Part shown: piece by piece, positions 61,446 through 64,000 of the stretch
How the letters are laid out: each line of letters opens with the position of its first letter
How positions within the stretch are numbered: the first letter of the stretch is position 1
Position numbers and translations under genes: made by a program
IMG/VR virus record: IMGVR_UViG_3300025133_000069
Location: 1-64,000 of that record
Reading direction: 5' to 3' (one strand)
DNA: 64,000 bases
Source: a virus
The notes under the pieces: model-generated
The model's input: the letters and a program-made list of their open reading frames with translations, nothing else
What the model was told of the DNA's origin: nothing
Databases searched by the model: none

Positions 61446-64000
61446 ATGGGAATAGATGTATGGAGCATGTTTCGCGGCTTGGACGGACCAGATTTTGATC
61501 CTCTTAACGACTTCACTTATACTGATATGTATAACGATGAAGTTCCGGCAGTTAATTTATTAGCTTCTTTGTTTACTGACCATTTTGAATATGATGTTCT
61601 TTCTGACATGGGTTCTCAATACCCCGCCGTAGTTATAAAAGTTTTATCTGGACCACAGTCAAAAACTGCAGCGCTAGGAGATCTGACATATACATCAGAT
61701 CTTTTTGGTGATTCTACAGAATCCCCATCACTGTGGCAGATGTCTTCGAAACTTAAATTAAAAGAAGGGAAGATAAGAGTACTAGCAAAAGTTCCGCCTA
61801 TCCACAAGTTGGCTTATCCAAAAGATCTTGATGACGAATTTCAAATGAGTCTTTTTCCTGAATTTGTTGCTGCAAGAGATACGGAGGACGATCCATCTTT
61901 AGCTTCAATTAAGGCCGGCGCCATAGTGTGGGTTAGTTTGCCAAGTCCTAACGCTAAATTAGGTACACTTATAGGTGTTCATAGCACAAATTTTATAGCT
62001 AAAATAAAAGAAGCCAGATCAGCGTTAACTGCTTTTACTGCAACTTGTACTCTTCCAAAAGTTTGTACACCCCAAGAAGCAAAAAACTTATATGCCGGCA
62101 ATTCTTCGCATGAATATGAGTCTACTGGACCCCCAATTAGAAAAATAAAAGGTAAAATTAAGACAGGTGTTTATGGAGATGGAACAGAACAAACAAAAAC
62201 ACATTTTGCCGGCTGTTTAAAAGAAGCTTCAGCTTCTTATAAATACAAACTTTCCGGTCCTGCTCCTGGGCCAAAGAATGCTTTTATGTGGGTTGGACAT
62301 TTAGAAGGTAACGGAAGAGGAGATTTAGTTGATAGGCCTCCAGGTCCAGGCAGAGAAACAATTATATATGCTTCAAAAACACTTGATATCACGGAACCAA
62401 TTGAAATAAAATATTATTTTCATGATATTGCAGGTTTTGGTTATTCGTGGATCCACGGCCCAGAAACGACAATTGCGGAATCTGAAAATAGTGTTATGAC
62501 AGCTAACAACGATTTAAGAACAATAGCGGCAAATTTGAAAGACTTAATTCGAGCCGGCCGCAACTTTGTTCTTGTCATCCCTGAAATGCTATATTCAAGA
62601 GGTTTTGGTACTAAATTGGGAGATTCCACAAGAATAAAAAGTTATACGAAATGTACAAGAGTTCTTCGCGGCGATGTTACAAAAACAGACCTTATCAGAA
62701 CAAATCTAGAAGCTGCAGCAAACAGCAGCGCGCTTCCTGCAATTAGGGATTATTTATCTAGCGTTTCGGAAGATGCAACATCAAATTATGTAACATCGGA
62801 TAGAATTCTTTCGACATTTGTTAAAAGCGGCAATTTAGGTACACTTCATAATGAAGTTATCGGTATATTGCATCAACATATATCTAAAAATCTAGAAGTC
62901 GGGTATGTTTCAATTCTGGCAGAAGGAGCAGGCGCCTTATCTTTGGCTGCTATACCAGTAGAAAGCTTAGAAAGTGTTCCTATTAACAGAATAGACTTTA
63001 TTGCAAATGGGTTTGACAGATTAGATAGATATAATTATTTCTTTGAAAGATCAGCGTCCGGCATGCCCGGAGAGTCGGCCTTTTTGCCAAATATACCTTC
63101 TCTTGTTCTCTATAACGATTTTTTACTTAAGAATGCTGATATTAATGATTTAGAATTTAATTATATTGTTAATCAAAATGCAAGTTTCAGCCCACTTGAA
63201 TTCGGAAATAGCGACGGCGCAGTACACTTTTTTGATCATTTAGATAAGGGAACAGAGTTCCAAAATAATTTTAATGGTTCTGTACCCGCCGCGCAGTGGA
63301 AGTTTAATTTTTGGATTGAAAACAACGAAGCAAATCTTACTTCAATTGGATGTTATGTTGGCGGAAACAAACAGGCTGATCACGCTTTTAGCATGATTAA
63401 CAATGAACTATCTGCTTTCGCAAACTTGCCTATCAAATCTGATACTGTTTCAAGAATTGGTTTGGACTCCGTACCGAACCATGCACAAAAAATCTCTGCT
63501 AAACAAAAATCAGCAGCAGTTAGCGGATATAAAGCAAAAAGAGAGAAGCATGAAAAGAAAATAGAAAATTTTGATAAAATGTTAAATTCAATAGGGGGAG
63601 GACTAAATGATTTATGTAAAGATCCTAAATATAAAGTTTATTGTTCACAACTTAGCCCTGAATTCTCTATATTAAAATTTGGTGAAAATTCATTATTTCA
63701 TAAACGATATAAAAATTATATAAATAGCAAAACAGAAATTTCTAAATTAGACCAATTAACAGAAGGTCACATAATATTAATTGAAATTGGAAAAGATAAA
63801 AAACTTATAGATGAACGCCTTAAAGAATATGAAGATTTACTAAAAGAATCAGAGAATGGTATTGAAGATACAAACACTATTTTAACGAGTTTACAAGTGT
63901 TTAAGCCAAGTTTCTTTACATCAGTAAATAAACAGAAAACTTTAAGTTCCTTAGGCCATGCAACAGACCATATCGGACGTCGTCAAGGAATAGAAGAAAT
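61446..64000 (+). CDS. Large ORF (>850 aa) running off the window; possibly a baseplate/tail protein
   Basis: Absent from the track because there is no stop in the window; begins MGIDVWSMFRGLDG...YPAVVIKVLSG...KIRVLAKVP...AGAIVWV (weak OB-fold/gp5-like pattern). Confidence 0.7.
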   Translation, partial: MGIDVWSMFRGLDGPDFDPLNDFTYTDMYNDEVPAVNLLASLFTDHFEYDVLSDMGSQYPAVVIKVLSGPQSKTAALGDLTYTSDLFGDSTESPSLWQMSSKLKLKEGKIRVLAKVPPIHKLAYPKDLDDEFQMSLFPEFVAARDTEDDPSLASIKAGAIVWVSLPSPNAKLGTLIGVHSTNFIAKIKEARSALTAFTATCTLPKVCTPQEAKNLYAGNSSHEYESTGPPIRKIKGKIKTGVYGDGTEQTKTHFAGCLKEASASYKYKLSGPAPGPKNAFMWVGHLEGNGRGDLVDRPPGPGRETIIYASKTLDITEPIEIKYYFHDIAGFGYSWIHGPETTIAESENSVMTANNDLRTIAANLKDLIRAGRNFVLVIPEMLYSRGFGTKLGDSTRIKSYTKCTRVLRGDVTKTDLIRTNLEAAANSSALPAIRDYLSSVSEDATSNYVTSDRILSTFVKSGNLGTLHNEVIGILHQHISKNLEVGYVSILAEGAGALSLAAIPVESLESVPINRIDFIANGFDRLDRYNYFFERSASGMPGESAFLPNIPSLVLYNDFLLKNADINDLEFNYIVNQNASFSPLEFGNSDGAVHFFDHLDKGTEFQNNFNGSVPAAQWKFNFWIENNEANLTSIGCYVGGNKQADHAFSMINNELSAFANLPIKSDTVSRIGLDSVPNHAQKISAKQKSAAVSGYKAKREKHEKKIENFDKMLNSIGGGLNDLCKDPKYKVYCSQLSPEFSILKFGENSLFHKRYKNYINSKTEISKLDQLTEGHIILIEIGKDKKLIDERLKEYEDLLKESENGIEDTNTILTSLQVFKPSFFTSVNKQKTLSSLGHATDHIGRRQGIEE

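Noticed and set aside
1-64000. Stop-codon reassignment (alternative genetic code)
   Set aside because: Code 11 gives dense, full-length genes, and TAG, TGA and TAA all end recognisable proteins at the expected places.
1-64000. Cellular chromosome or eukaryotic giant virus origin
   Set aside because: SD sites, tmRNA, peptidoglycan hydrolases, a gp55-like sigma factor and orphan-rich unidirectional packing fit a bacteriophage; there are no housekeeping operons.

Overview
This window looks like part of an AT-rich, large (jumbo/T4-superfamily-like) tailed bacteriophage genome, read in standard code 11 and almost entirely on the + strand. No capsid or terminase gene lies in the window, so the phage call rests on gene content. 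The left end encodes replication and nucleotide functions: 5'-3' exonuclease, DnaB/gp41-like helicase, class II ribonucleotide reductase, GroES and a lytic transglycosylase. About 5.8-44.4 kb is dominated by about 17 otherwise unrelated proteins that begin with one of two short leaders (MKITKSQLKQIIKEEL-type or MxxLFENWRxFLxE-type). Most are preceded by an ACTA(T/A/G)TTA promoter-like box, often only 12-13 nt before the ATG. I interpret them (inference) as head-packaged, protease-matured cargo proteins analogous to T4 internal proteins. Embedded in this region are a myxobacterial-type surface/gliding module (Cys-rich vWA lipoprotein plus a CglF/GltF-like protein), an amidase endolysin, nucleotidyltransferase/ligase-like/cytidylyltransferase genes, a fatty-acid-hydroxylase-family gene and a tmRNA (tag ANDNVEFDYALAA). 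To the right are tRNA-Ile(UAU), purA, tRNA-Lys(CUU), TrmH, a trypsin-like protease, PhoH, a PD-(D/E)XK nuclease, a decaying glycosyltransferase island, a gp55-like late sigma factor and a large ORF running off the window. Several independent clues point to a Myxococcota-type (or related deltaproteobacterial) host. All family assignments come from motif recognition by eye; no database search was run.
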